A stretch of 64,000 nucleotides of DNA from IMG/VR virus record IMGVR_UViG_3300032561_000012, positions 1 to 64,000 of that record; one strand, given 5' to 3'. The position numbers and the translations under genes are program-made. Positions 47,793 through 56,891 of the stretch are shown one piece after another (positions within the stretch are counted from its first letter, which is position 1; each line of letters opens with the position of its first letter). The notes beneath the pieces were generated by a model. That model worked only from the letters and a program-made list of their open reading frames with translations. It was not told the DNA's origin and ran no database searches. The stretch comes from a virus.

Positions 47793-48812
47793 ATGGCTAA
47801 CCTATTTAAAAAAGCGGCTGTTTGCACGGATATTCACTTTGGATTAAAGTCTAACAGCCAAACACACAACGACGATTGTCTTAATTTTATCAAGTGGTTT
47901 ATTGCTACCGCCAAAGCTGAAGGTTGTGAGACCTGCTTCTTTACAGGTGACTGGCATAATAACCGCGCGGCAATTAACATCGTCACACTTAATTACAGTC
48001 TACAAGCCCTGGAGTTATTAAATGCCGCTTTTGATCGTGTATATTTTATCCCTGGCAATCACGATCTCTACTATAGAGATAAGCGTGATGTACAAAGTGT
48101 CGAATGGGCAAAGCATCTACCCAATGTACAAATTGTTAACGATTGGTTTTCAGACGGTGACGTTGTCATTGCTCCTTGGCTCGTTGGTGACGATCACAAA
48201 CGGGTACCTAAACTAAAAGGTCAATACTGTTTTGGGCACTTTGAACTACCGCATTTCTACATGAATGCCATGGTACAGATGCCAGACACAGGTGAAATCC
48301 AAGCTGATGCTTTCCGAGGGTTTGATAAGGTGTTCAGTGGACACTTCCATAAGCGTCAAGAAAAAGGCAACATTGTCTACTTAGGTAACTGTTTCCCACA
48401 TAACTACGCAGATGCAGGCGATGATAGTCGTGGCATGATGATCATTGAATGGGGTAAAGAGCCAGAATATCGCACATGGGCTAACCAACCTAAATATAGA
48501 GTATATAATCTAAGTGATGTTCTACGCACTCCAGAAAATTTACTACTGCCAAACATGCACTGTCGTGTTAATCTAGACATTGACATCAGTTACGAAGAAG
48601 CAACATTTATCAAAGAAACATTTGTTGGTACATACAATCTGCGTGAATTAACACTACTACCTGTTAAAGATGTTACTGTTGGTAGTGACATTGTTATGGG
48701 TAATATACAATTTGAAAGTATTGACACCATTGTTACTAATCAATTGACTAATATTGCAGGTGATGGGCACTACGATCCTAACTTACTACTTGATATCTAT
48801 AGGCATCTATAA
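47793..48812 (+). CDS. Recombination nuclease gp47 (Mre11/SbcD-like)
   Basis: TDIHFG, GD, GNHD, GHFE, SGHFH metallophosphoesterase motifs. Confidence 0.92.
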   Translation: MANLFKKAAVCTDIHFGLKSNSQTHNDDCLNFIKWFIATAKAEGCETCFFTGDWHNNRAAINIVTLNYSLQALELLNAAFDRVYFIPGNHDLYYRDKRDVQSVEWAKHLPNVQIVNDWFSDGDVVIAPWLVGDDHKRVPKLKGQYCFGHFELPHFYMNAMVQMPDTGEIQADAFRGFDKVFSGHFHKRQEKGNIVYLGNCFPHNYADAGDDSRGMMIIEWGKEPEYRTWANQPKYRVYNLSDVLRTPENLLLPNMHCRVNLDIDISYEEATFIKETFVGTYNLRELTLLPVKDVTVGSDIVMGNIQFESIDTIVTNQLTNIAGDGHYDPNLLLDIYRHL

Positions 48813-50585
48813 TTGTTTAAAATCAAATATCTAACTGTTAAAAACTTTATGAGTGTAGGTAACGCTACACAGGCTGTTAACTTTGACCGCAGAGACTTAA
48901 CCTTAGTCTTAGGTGAAAACGTTGACCTAGGTGGTGATGACACAGGTGCACGTAATGGTACAGGTAAAACTACTATTATCAACGCACTGAGTTATGCTCT
49001 ATACGGACAAGCACTGACTAACATTCGTAAAGACAATCTAGTTAATAAAACCAATCAAAAGGCCATGCTGGTTACTATTGACTTTGAAGTTAATGGTGTT
49101 GAATATAGAATTGAGCGTGGTCGCAAATCTAATGTACTTAAATTCTATATTGGTGATCAAGAACAAGAAGCCAAGGACGATAACAGTCAAGGTGACAGCA
49201 GAGAAACACAGCAAGAAATAGAACGTTTATTAGGCATGAGTCACGAGATGTTCAAGCACGTGGTTGCATTGAACACCTACACTGAGCCATTTTTAGCACT
49301 AAAATCAAATGATCAACGTGCTATCATCGAACAACTGCTAGGTATTACCTTATTGAGTGAAAAAGCAGAAGCACTCAAAGAGCAAAGTAAGGCCACAAGG
49401 GACGCCATTCAGCAGGAAGAAGCCAACATCAAAGCTGTGTCTGATGCTAATAAACGTATTGAAGAGCAGATTGAAGCGGCACAGCGTCGTCAGATGCTAT
49501 GGTTAACTAAACACAAAGATGATGTTCGTAAACTACAAGAAGCACTTGACGAATTGCAAAAACTAGATATCGATGCAGAGATTCAAGCACATAAAGAACT
49601 GTCAGCGTACAATCAAAAAAGCAAAGACATTGCTGATTTAAACACTGCTATTCAACGATCTACACAGGATCTACAGCGCGAAGTCAAAGGCATTGCTAAC
49701 TTAACCAGTGATATAGAAACTCTTCGTGATCACAAGTGTAATACCTGCGGTCAGGATCTGCATGATGAAAAACATGCAGAATTGTTGTCTATCAAAGAAA
49801 GCAAACTACGTGATGCTGAGTTACAACAGAATACACATGCTAGTCAATTAGAAGAACTAATTGCAGCCAAAGCATCTATAGGTGAGCTAGGTGTTAAACC
49901 TACCACATTCTATGATACTGAAGCAGATGCTATTCAACATCGTAGCAGTGTTGCTGGATTACAGCAACAGTTAGCTGCTAAGTCAAAAGAAGAAGATCCT
50001 TATACAGAGCAGATTGCAGACATGAAAACCACTGCCCTGGCTGAGATTGACTATTCTATGATGAATGAACTGACTCGCCTTAAAGAACATCAAGAGTTCT
50101 TACACAAACTATTAACTAACAAAGATTCTTATATACGTAAACGTATTATTGATCAAAATTTAAGCTACCTAAACGCAAGATTAAGTCAATACCTAGATCG
50201 TATTGGTTTACCGCATACTGTGGTGTTTATGAACGACCTAAGCGTTAATATTACAGAACTAGGTCGTGAACTAGACTTTGATAACCTAAGTCGTGGTGAA
50301 CGCAATAGACTTATCCTTAGCTTGTCGTGGGCATTCCGTGATGTATGGGAAAGTTTATATCAACCAATTAACTTGTTGTTTATTGATGAATTAGTAGACA
50401 GCGGCATGGATGCATCAGGTGTAGAAAATGCCTTGGCTATTCTTAAAAAGATGTCGCGTGATGCACACAAATCAATTTGGTTAGTAAGTCATAGAGATGA
50501 ACTAGGCGGGCGTGTAAACAACATCCTTACAGTGGTAAAAGAAAATGGCTTTACCAGTTATAACACTGATGTTGAGATTGCATAG
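48813..50585 (+). CDS. Recombination ATPase gp46 (Rad50/SbcC-like)
   Basis: Walker A NGTGKTT, coiled coil with CNTC zinc hook, LSRGE signature, FIDE, SH. Confidence 0.93.
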   Translation: MFKIKYLTVKNFMSVGNATQAVNFDRRDLTLVLGENVDLGGDDTGARNGTGKTTIINALSYALYGQALTNIRKDNLVNKTNQKAMLVTIDFEVNGVEYRIERGRKSNVLKFYIGDQEQEAKDDNSQGDSRETQQEIERLLGMSHEMFKHVVALNTYTEPFLALKSNDQRAIIEQLLGITLLSEKAEALKEQSKATRDAIQQEEANIKAVSDANKRIEEQIEAAQRRQMLWLTKHKDDVRKLQEALDELQKLDIDAEIQAHKELSAYNQKSKDIADLNTAIQRSTQDLQREVKGIANLTSDIETLRDHKCNTCGQDLHDEKHAELLSIKESKLRDAELQQNTHASQLEELIAAKASIGELGVKPTTFYDTEADAIQHRSSVAGLQQQLAAKSKEEDPYTEQIADMKTTALAEIDYSMMNELTRLKEHQEFLHKLLTNKDSYIRKRIIDQNLSYLNARLSQYLDRIGLPHTVVFMNDLSVNITELGRELDFDNLSRGERNRLILSLSWAFRDVWESLYQPINLLFIDELVDSGMDASGVENALAILKKMSRDAHKSIWLVSHRDELGGRVNNILTVVKENGFTSYNTDVEIA

Positions 50586-51598
50586 TGAAATTAGCAACAT
50601 GGCATTGGCACATTGAAATATCTAGCAAGTGTACACTTAAGTGTCCGCGATGTGCTCGCACAGAAGTGCCTGACACATTAGTAAACACAGAATTAAGTTT
50701 AGACTTTTTTAAAAAGAACTTTACACCAGAGTTTATACAGAAAAACGTAGAAAAGATTACATTCTGCGGTGATGACGGTGATCCTATATATGCACACGAC
50801 CTAATTCCAGTCATTCGTTATATTAAAAGTGTTAAACCTGTTAAAATTGTTATAGTTACCAATGGTAGCTATAAGAAAACTGAATGGTGGCAACAATTAG
50901 GACTTGCTTTAGATGCTGATGATCATGTACACTTTAGTTTAGACGGGTGGGATCAAGCCAGCAACGAACAGTATAGAGTAAACAGTGATTGGTCTAGCAT
51001 CATAGCTGGTATTACTGCTTTTAATTTTACCACACAAGCATATACTACCTGGGATGCTATCGCATTTAGTTTTAATCAAGATCGTTTAGACTACATGCAA
51101 GAACTAGCACGTACACTAGAATTTGATCAGTTTCAATTGACTCGCAGTACTAAATTTAACAAAGTCTACACTGTATATCCAGAAGGCGACCCATTACAGC
51201 CTAGAAATGAGTTGATCAGCAGTAACTACAGGTTTCAACGAGAAATTATTAATCTTTCTGGGCGTAAAGAATCCACAGTAGGCTACGAAACTAATTTAAA
51301 CCTCTATCAATCAGCTGAGGAAATAAATGGAGTTAAAGCACTGTGTGGGATTGGGGCCAAAGGACTGTTTATCAACAGTCAAGGACATTTCTTTCCTTGC
51401 TGTTGGGTAGCAAATAGATATTCACACAATAATGAGTGGTTAGACTTAGCAAAAAGTTTTAATTTAAATGAAAAACCACTAGATATTGTGTTACAAGATT
51501 CATTCTGGGACAAAAAATTTGAAAATTTTTCCTGGACTGAGTGCAAGACTAAATGTAATATATCAGTAGTAAATCAACAATACGCAACCGAATGGTAA
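50585..51598 (+). CDS. Radical SAM enzyme with C-terminal twitch/SPASM-like domain
   Basis: CTLKCPRC near N-terminus, GDDGDP, TNGS, C-terminal C..G..PCC..C..KC. Confidence 0.88.
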   Translation: MKLATWHWHIEISSKCTLKCPRCARTEVPDTLVNTELSLDFFKKNFTPEFIQKNVEKITFCGDDGDPIYAHDLIPVIRYIKSVKPVKIVIVTNGSYKKTEWWQQLGLALDADDHVHFSLDGWDQASNEQYRVNSDWSSIIAGITAFNFTTQAYTTWDAIAFSFNQDRLDYMQELARTLEFDQFQLTRSTKFNKVYTVYPEGDPLQPRNELISSNYRFQREIINLSGRKESTVGYETNLNLYQSAEEINGVKALCGIGAKGLFINSQGHFFPCCWVANRYSHNNEWLDLAKSFNLNEKPLDIVLQDSFWDKKFENFSWTECKTKCNISVVNQQYATEW

Positions 51599-51608
51599 GG
51601 AGAATTGC

Positions 51609-51785
51609 ATGGCAGATAAACCACACCCAAGTAAACGACACAATAACCCAATGCAGTATAAGAGTGGTAAGGCCAGATTAGGTCCATTGAATGTCAAACA
51701 GCTTTCAGAATTGTTAAATAAAACACAACGTAAGAAAGATAAAGCAAAAATTACGAGAGAACTTGCTCGTAGACAAGCAGTATAA
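51609..51785 (+). CDS. 58-aa basic protein MADKPHPSKRH...ELARRQAV; not in ORF track
   Basis: AAGGAGA RBS; fills the gap; K/R-rich. Confidence 0.65.
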   Translation: MADKPHPSKRHNNPMQYKSGKARLGPLNVKQLSELLNKTQRKKDKAKITRELARRQAV

Positions 51786-51805
51786 TTTTTAAAAAGGAAA
51801 AGAAA

Positions 51806-51985
51806 ATGGCAACATTACATGAACAAATTTTAGAAGCAATTGAAACATACAAAGCAGAATCAGAAAAGTTTGACGGTAAGGGTGTTAAAGCCGCTGCCGC
51901 ACGTGCTCGTGGTGCATTAGGTGACTTAGGCAAACTAGCCAAAGCTCGTCGTGCAGAAATCCAAGAGAAGAAAAACAGTTTATAA
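51806..51985 (+). CDS. 59-aa Hc1/histone-H1-like DNA-binding protein; not in ORF track
   Basis: MATLHEQILEAIETYKAESEKFDGKGVKAAAARARGALGDLGKLAKARRAEIQEKKNSL; KGxKAAxxRARxAL motif; AAGGA RBS. Confidence 0.7.
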   Translation: MATLHEQILEAIETYKAESEKFDGKGVKAAAARARGALGDLGKLAKARRAEIQEKKNSL

Positions 51986-52690
51986 TTGAAAAAGATTTTA
52001 TACATCAACGGAGACAGTTATTCTGCACCAACTGAGTATGGGATGTATGGCAATGTTTTATCACATCAATATAATATTGGGTTAGTAAACAAAGCTGTCA
52101 TTGGTAGTTCAAACCACAGAATAATTCGATCTACTCTAGAAGATTGTATAAAATTTAAAAGACAAAATATAAACGTATATGTGATCATTGGCTTATCATT
52201 TTTCACACGTGAAGAAATATGGGCTAACACAGATAATGAATTTGTTAAAAGACTTAACGAATGCCCTGAAGGAAAATTTGTTACTTTAGACTCAGTTCGT
52301 AAAGAAGATTTAACTATTTTTGATAAACGACGATTAGTTGATTTAAATATTAATGTGCAGGTTGTACAATTACTTGTTAATATTTTTATGTTAACTAACA
52401 CATTAACTTTATTAAATATTCCTCATTTTATTTTTTCTGCGGCGCATAATCAGCCCAACAGTGAATTAAAATGGGGATATTTAAATCAATTAGAAGTTTA
52501 TCAAGATATTAAAAAAAGAAAGAATATTTTAGATATTTTTAATTTCAGTATCCCAACCTGGGCTAAAGAAAATAATGTAGATACTTCTGATACTGGGCAT
52601 TTAGTGAGTATTGGCACACATAAAATATTTGCTGATTATCTCTATGATAATCATCTATCAAAATTAAATTGGGACATCAATGATGTATGA
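51986..52690 (+). CDS. SGNH/GDSL-like protein, AT-rich
   Basis: INGDSYS, NKAVIGSSNHRI, C-terminal DTGHL. Confidence 0.65.
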   Translation: MKKILYINGDSYSAPTEYGMYGNVLSHQYNIGLVNKAVIGSSNHRIIRSTLEDCIKFKRQNINVYVIIGLSFFTREEIWANTDNEFVKRLNECPEGKFVTLDSVRKEDLTIFDKRRLVDLNINVQVVQLLVNIFMLTNTLTLLNIPHFIFSAAHNQPNSELKWGYLNQLEVYQDIKKRKNILDIFNFSIPTWAKENNVDTSDTGHLVSIGTHKIFADYLYDNHLSKLNWDINDV

Positions 52691-53114
52691 ATATCCGTGG
52701 ACTTACAATGGAAAAATATTTGAGTCTGAGGATATCAACAACTATTATGGCTTTATATATAGGATAACTAATACTGTTAACGGGCATGATTATGTTGGCA
52801 GAAAATACTTCAAAACCATCAAAAAGAGACCACCTCTAAAAGGCAAGAAAAACAAACGTAGGGAAACAGTTGAAACTGATTGGAAAACTTACTGGGGCAG
52901 TAGTCCTAGACTCCAAGCAGATATAGACAAACTAGGCCGGGACAAGTTCACACGTGAAATCATACATCTATGTGAGTCACGTGGCGAAACTAATTACTTG
53001 GAAGCCTATTATCAGTTTAAGGAAAATGTATTGTTACGTGAAAACAACTACAATGGCATTATTCAAGTTAGACTAGGTAAGAATTCCGTTAAAGATTTAA
53101 AGATTACAAAATAA
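52680..53114 (+). CDS. Single-domain GIY-YIG family endonuclease
   Basis: GFIYRITN...YVGRK, YWGSS, LEA, YNG. Confidence 0.85.
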   Translation: MMYEYPWTYNGKIFESEDINNYYGFIYRITNTVNGHDYVGRKYFKTIKKRPPLKGKKNKRRETVETDWKTYWGSSPRLQADIDKLGRDKFTREIIHLCESRGETNYLEAYYQFKENVLLRENNYNGIIQVRLGKNSVKDLKITK

Positions 53115-53560
53115 CAGCCCTTTTGCAGATTAAGTTCTGTGTCATGAGGAGATGGTGCTCGCGTAATGGCCGCACTTGGAACGTCTAGAGTAGACTAGAC
53201 ACATGACGGCACGGCAATCAATTAGGTGTAAAAACCAAAAGATTCAGGCTCTGAAACAACTCAACCTGAGAGCAAAACAACAGTTGGCTAACTACGGCTG
53301 TTTGAGCTACCGCCAGAGAAATCTAGAGTAGGGAGTACAGGCTGACCGCTTCCGTGCTGATGATAGCAATCTCTTTTAGTTAGTGTGCGAGTAGGACTCA
53401 GATAAAGCTCTCGTTGCAATTTGCCTGTAATAGGTAAATTGTGACTGAAGGATCTAGATAAAGCATTTAAGAACGTACAATAGTTCAATATATCTTAGAT
53501 TAAAGAGATTAGAAGAAAAAGCATTGAGCGCAAGCGAAAATGCAGATGTCGTAGACATCT
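53115..53560 (+). ncRNA. Putative structured non-coding RNA and/or origin region
   Basis: Longest non-coding gap seen in the window; many stems, some with G-U pairs on the + strand, and long-range pairings (see findings). Confidence 0.55.
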
Positions 53561-53736
53561 TAAAAGAATGGAAACTTACTCTTTTTAGTTGTTTCTAAGT
53601 TATCTTTGATTATCTCACCAATAATGTCTCTTTCTGATTTACTTAACAGCATAGATTCATCATAGCTAAGACCACCACGCATGTACCAACACATTCTTAA
53701 GGCGTCTTCTTTAAAGGCTCTTACCTCTTTGTCCAT
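53560..53736 (-). CDS. gp51-like baseplate hub assembly protein; frame open upstream to the slippery site; not in ORF track
   Basis: MDKEVRAFKEDALRMCWYMRGGLSYDESMLLSKSERDIIGEIIKDNLETTKKSKFPFF. Confidence 0.7.
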   Translation of the reverse strand: MDKEVRAFKEDALRMCWYMRGGLSYDESMLLSKSERDIIGEIIKDNLETTKKSKFPFF

Positions 53737-53774
53737 CTTTTCTAACTGCTGGACAATTTCTTCGTTACTTAGAG

Positions 53775-54623
53775 CTAAGAGCCTAGACCGAAAAAATTTG
53801 CGTAGTCAAACGTAACTTCTGTTTTATATTCATGCTGACATTCGTCACAGACATTATCATATGGTTTAAGACCAGCAGTACTGGCAATCTCAGCTAGTTT
53901 TTCCTGTACTTTGCGTACCGTTGCACTGCTGGTGCTAGAATAAAACTCTCTAATAAACCCGCTGTCAACTACCTTGGTTCCATCACTCATTAGAATATAT
54001 TCTGTGCTGGCTGTTAGGTTGTCTAGATTTAATTCAATTAGTTCTTCTGTAATGGCCTTAAGGTTAGCATCACGGTCTTCTTTGCTGATTTCATTTTCGC
54101 CTTGAGCTAGAACATTTAAAATACGTTGTTCTTTATATGTGATGCTGTTGGCGTTGTTGACTGCAAAATAGTTCTGTGGTTTAAGTTTGATAGTCAAATC
54201 AGGTTCTTGAATCAAATTATCAAAGTTTGGCATGGTGATTTGATCCAGGGCCGCGTTAAGATTAACAGTATGATCATTAGTGTGTTTGCACTTAGGACAA
54301 CTGGTATTGATGTCCATATCACTGCCATAACTGGCAATACGTATAGCAATCAAACAAGCATCAACGTCTACACTAGGCATAGCCCACGGGTCTTGAATAC
54401 TAGGAATACAGCTTTTGACTACTTCTACAATGGCTGATCCGTTGATTAAACTATCTGGTGTACGCAGGGTAATTTCATCTTTGGTAGTCATAGGGTACAC
54501 AGGCAGTTCACCTGTAGCACTGAGTGTTAGTGCGCCCTCAGGCCAATATTTGCCCTTACTAGGTAACTTTAAAAAGATCGCAGGTTGGCGAAAATGCTTG
54601 GCTAAAGGATTAGTTTGATTCAT
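53775..54623 (-). CDS. Baseplate hub assembly chaperone, T4 gp26-like; start probably MNQTNPL
   Basis: LKLPSKG, PMTTKDE, DVDACLIAIRIAS, CPKC and CDEC pairs, ends ANFF. Confidence 0.8.
   Translation of the reverse strand: MNQTNPLAKHFRQPAIFLKLPSKGKYWPEGALTLSATGELPVYPMTTKDEITLRTPDSLINGSAIVEVVKSCIPSIQDPWAMPSVDVDACLIAIRIASYGSDMDINTSCPKCKHTNDHTVNLNAALDQITMPNFDNLIQEPDLTIKLKPQNYFAVNNANSITYKEQRILNVLAQGENEISKEDRDANLKAITEELIELNLDNLTASTEYILMSDGTKVVDSGFIREFYSSTSSATVRKVQEKLAEIASTAGLKPYDNVCDECQHEYKTEVTFDYANFFGLGS
53790..53799 (-). other. Candidate -1 ribosomal frameshift site A AAU UUU UUC
   Basis: Two overlapping X XXY YYZ heptamers in the zero frame near the gp26-like stop; the -1 frame is the gp51-like ORF. 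Confidence 0.65.
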
Positions 54624-54693
54624 GGTGATTTTTTCCAATAAATATATGATATACTACGTAATATTTAGCACCAATAAAGTGAGCATATAATAA

Positions 54694-56856
54694 ATGGATG
54701 AAGAAAAATTACTGGAGATGTTCCAGCGCCTGTTTGAAAAGATGGGAGCTTCTGTGGACAACTGGTCAGAAGAACTAGACAAATCCACTAAAGGTCAAAC
54801 TAAGCAAGAAAAATTAATTGACCGAATCACTAAACAGTTCACTAAACTTAACTCAGATCTTGAAAAAGGTCGTAAAAAGATCATTGACCTTGGCCCTACT
54901 ATCAAAGATCTTGATCAACAAATTGAAGATCTTGATGAAGGTGTAAAAAAATCTGAATTAGAAATAGAACGCCAACGTCTGGCCAACCAATTCCTCACAG
55001 CACAGTACAAAAAAGCCGCGGTACAACTAACATCAGCTATTGGCGATACACTGGTCAAGGGCATATTCAAAGGTACTAAAACACTAGTAAATGATCTGCA
55101 GAGCAACAGTAGTGGCATAGCACTAGCTGGCGATCTAATGACGCAGGCTATAGATTCGTCACAAGCTGGCATGACCGCAGTAGGAAAAACAGGCGAAGCT
55201 CTTGGGTCTGGTATGGCACAGCTTGGTGGCAAAACAGGCAAATTTGGTATAGCCTTATCTGCTGGGTCGGCCGCATTAGAATACTTTACAGCAGGTGTTG
55301 CTGAAGCTGCTAAAGCCGGCATTGACATGCTGGTTAAAGAAGTTGAAAAAACAGTCAAAGCATTTAATGACACAACAGCATCAGGCGCACTATTTGCACA
55401 CGGCATGGATGATCTGCGTGCAAACGCATCACGTGCTGGTCTAACAGTTGAACAGTTTGGTGCAGTGATTAAAAATAACAATGCGGCTCTAGCAGAATCT
55501 GGTATGACAGTAGAAACAGCAGCCAGAGCTGTAGCTGATGTTACTAGTAGATATGCTGTTCAAACAGGCAAAAGCGGATTAACCTTACAGCGTGAAATGC
55601 AAAACCTAGGTATTGGTTTCCAAGAACAAGCAGAAATCACAGCACAGGTTATTGCCAGTTATAAAAAAACAGGTGCGCAGGCTACTAACTCACAGGTAGC
55701 GGCAGCCACTGTTGAAATGGCTAAAAACATGAAAGCCATGTCAGACATCATGGGCGAAGAATACAAAGCACGACAAGATGCCGCTAAAAAACAAGCAGAG
55801 CAGTATGCATTCCAAGCTAAAGTTAACGAGATAGCTAGAAAAACTAACGATCCTGGATTGGTAAATCGTGTAAATCAAGCATTGGGTGCGATGAGCGAAA
55901 GTAATCGTAGAGCGGCTATTCAAGCCACAGTATTAGGTGGTGCTGTTACTGACGTAGCAGCCAATCTAACAGGTGCCGCGGCTGCAGGGCAAGATTTTGG
56001 TAATGCACTGTTAAGTGGCAGAACAGATATTAAATCTTTAACTGACGGTACTGCTAAACTCAATGATTCATTCCAAGCTGGCACTAGCGAAATGGGCGCA
56101 GCTATTAGCCGTGCTACTATTGCTACTGGTGACCTAGCAGATGTGTCACAGGCCTATGATCAACAGCAACAAGATTCATTTAAAATGAATACCAAGAATA
56201 GAGACAAAGCACTATCAGATGCAGACAAACTATCAGCGGCACACGGTGGCCTACAAGAAGAGGTAATGGGCGCAGAAAAATCTGCACAAGATTTGAAGAT
56301 GGCATTACAAAAAGAATTAACTCCCGCAATTAAGAGTTTTGCTAGTGTAGCCAATCAAATACTTGACGGAGTTAAGAAAACTCTAGCCAAAGCAGGCATA
56401 GGTAATCCAGGCGAAACAGGACGAGACTGGACAAAAATAGCAGAAGGTGCTGGATTAGCTATTGCAGGTGTAGTTGGTGGTATTGCAACATCATGGACTG
56501 GTGTTGGCGGAGTTGCTGGCGGTATTGCCGCAGAGCAAGGCGCATCAATGATGATGTCTGGGTGGAATGACCCAGTAGTCAAAAAAGCCGACGGGGGCAT
56601 TGCAGATGGTCCTGTAAGCGGTTATGCGGCTCAATTACACGGCACAGAAGCAGTGGTACCACTACCAGACGGTAAAAATATTCCAGTAGAAGTTAAACAA
56701 AACACAATGGGCGGAATTGATCCTAAGATGATGTCAGACATGCTGCATGAACTGAAAAAAGGTCACGAAATGACCAAACACAGCATGGATGAATTAGTGC
56801 GACATGCTAGAACCACCGCTGGCTACTCATCACAATTAGTTCAACTAGCTAGTTAA
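54694..56856 (+). CDS. Tail tape measure protein
   Basis: Ala/Gln/Lys-rich helical sequence, Gly-rich hydrophobic segments, C-terminal ADGGI..LHGTEAVVPLPDG. Confidence 0.7.
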   Translation: MDEEKLLEMFQRLFEKMGASVDNWSEELDKSTKGQTKQEKLIDRITKQFTKLNSDLEKGRKKIIDLGPTIKDLDQQIEDLDEGVKKSELEIERQRLANQFLTAQYKKAAVQLTSAIGDTLVKGIFKGTKTLVNDLQSNSSGIALAGDLMTQAIDSSQAGMTAVGKTGEALGSGMAQLGGKTGKFGIALSAGSAALEYFTAGVAEAAKAGIDMLVKEVEKTVKAFNDTTASGALFAHGMDDLRANASRAGLTVEQFGAVIKNNNAALAESGMTVETAARAVADVTSRYAVQTGKSGLTLQREMQNLGIGFQEQAEITAQVIASYKKTGAQATNSQVAAATVEMAKNMKAMSDIMGEEYKARQDAAKKQAEQYAFQAKVNEIARKTNDPGLVNRVNQALGAMSESNRRAAIQATVLGGAVTDVAANLTGAAAAGQDFGNALLSGRTDIKSLTDGTAKLNDSFQAGTSEMGAAISRATIATGDLADVSQAYDQQQQDSFKMNTKNRDKALSDADKLSAAHGGLQEEVMGAEKSAQDLKMALQKELTPAIKSFASVANQILDGVKKTLAKAGIGNPGETGRDWTKIAEGAGLAIAGVVGGIATSWTGVGGVAGGIAAEQGASMMMSGWNDPVVKKADGGIADGPVSGYAAQLHGTEAVVPLPDGKNIPVEVKQNTMGGIDPKMMSDMLHELKKGHEMTKHSMDELVRHARTTAGYSSQLVQLAS

Positions 56857-56891
56857 GGCGATAAATACTGTATCTTTAAAGAGAGCATAAT

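Noticed and set aside
51751-52008. 85-aa minus-strand ORF
   Set aside because: Antisense to the Hc1-like gene, which has an RBS and a recognisable motif
53288-53488. 66-aa minus-strand ORF in the structured gap
   Set aside because: TTG start, no RBS, atypical composition; region better explained by base pairing
52680-53560. Group I intron with GIY-YIG homing endonuclease, or HEARO, RNase P, tmRNA, tRNA
   Set aside because: No interrupted host gene on the flanks and I could not find the conserved cores of these classes by eye; needs Infernal to exclude formally
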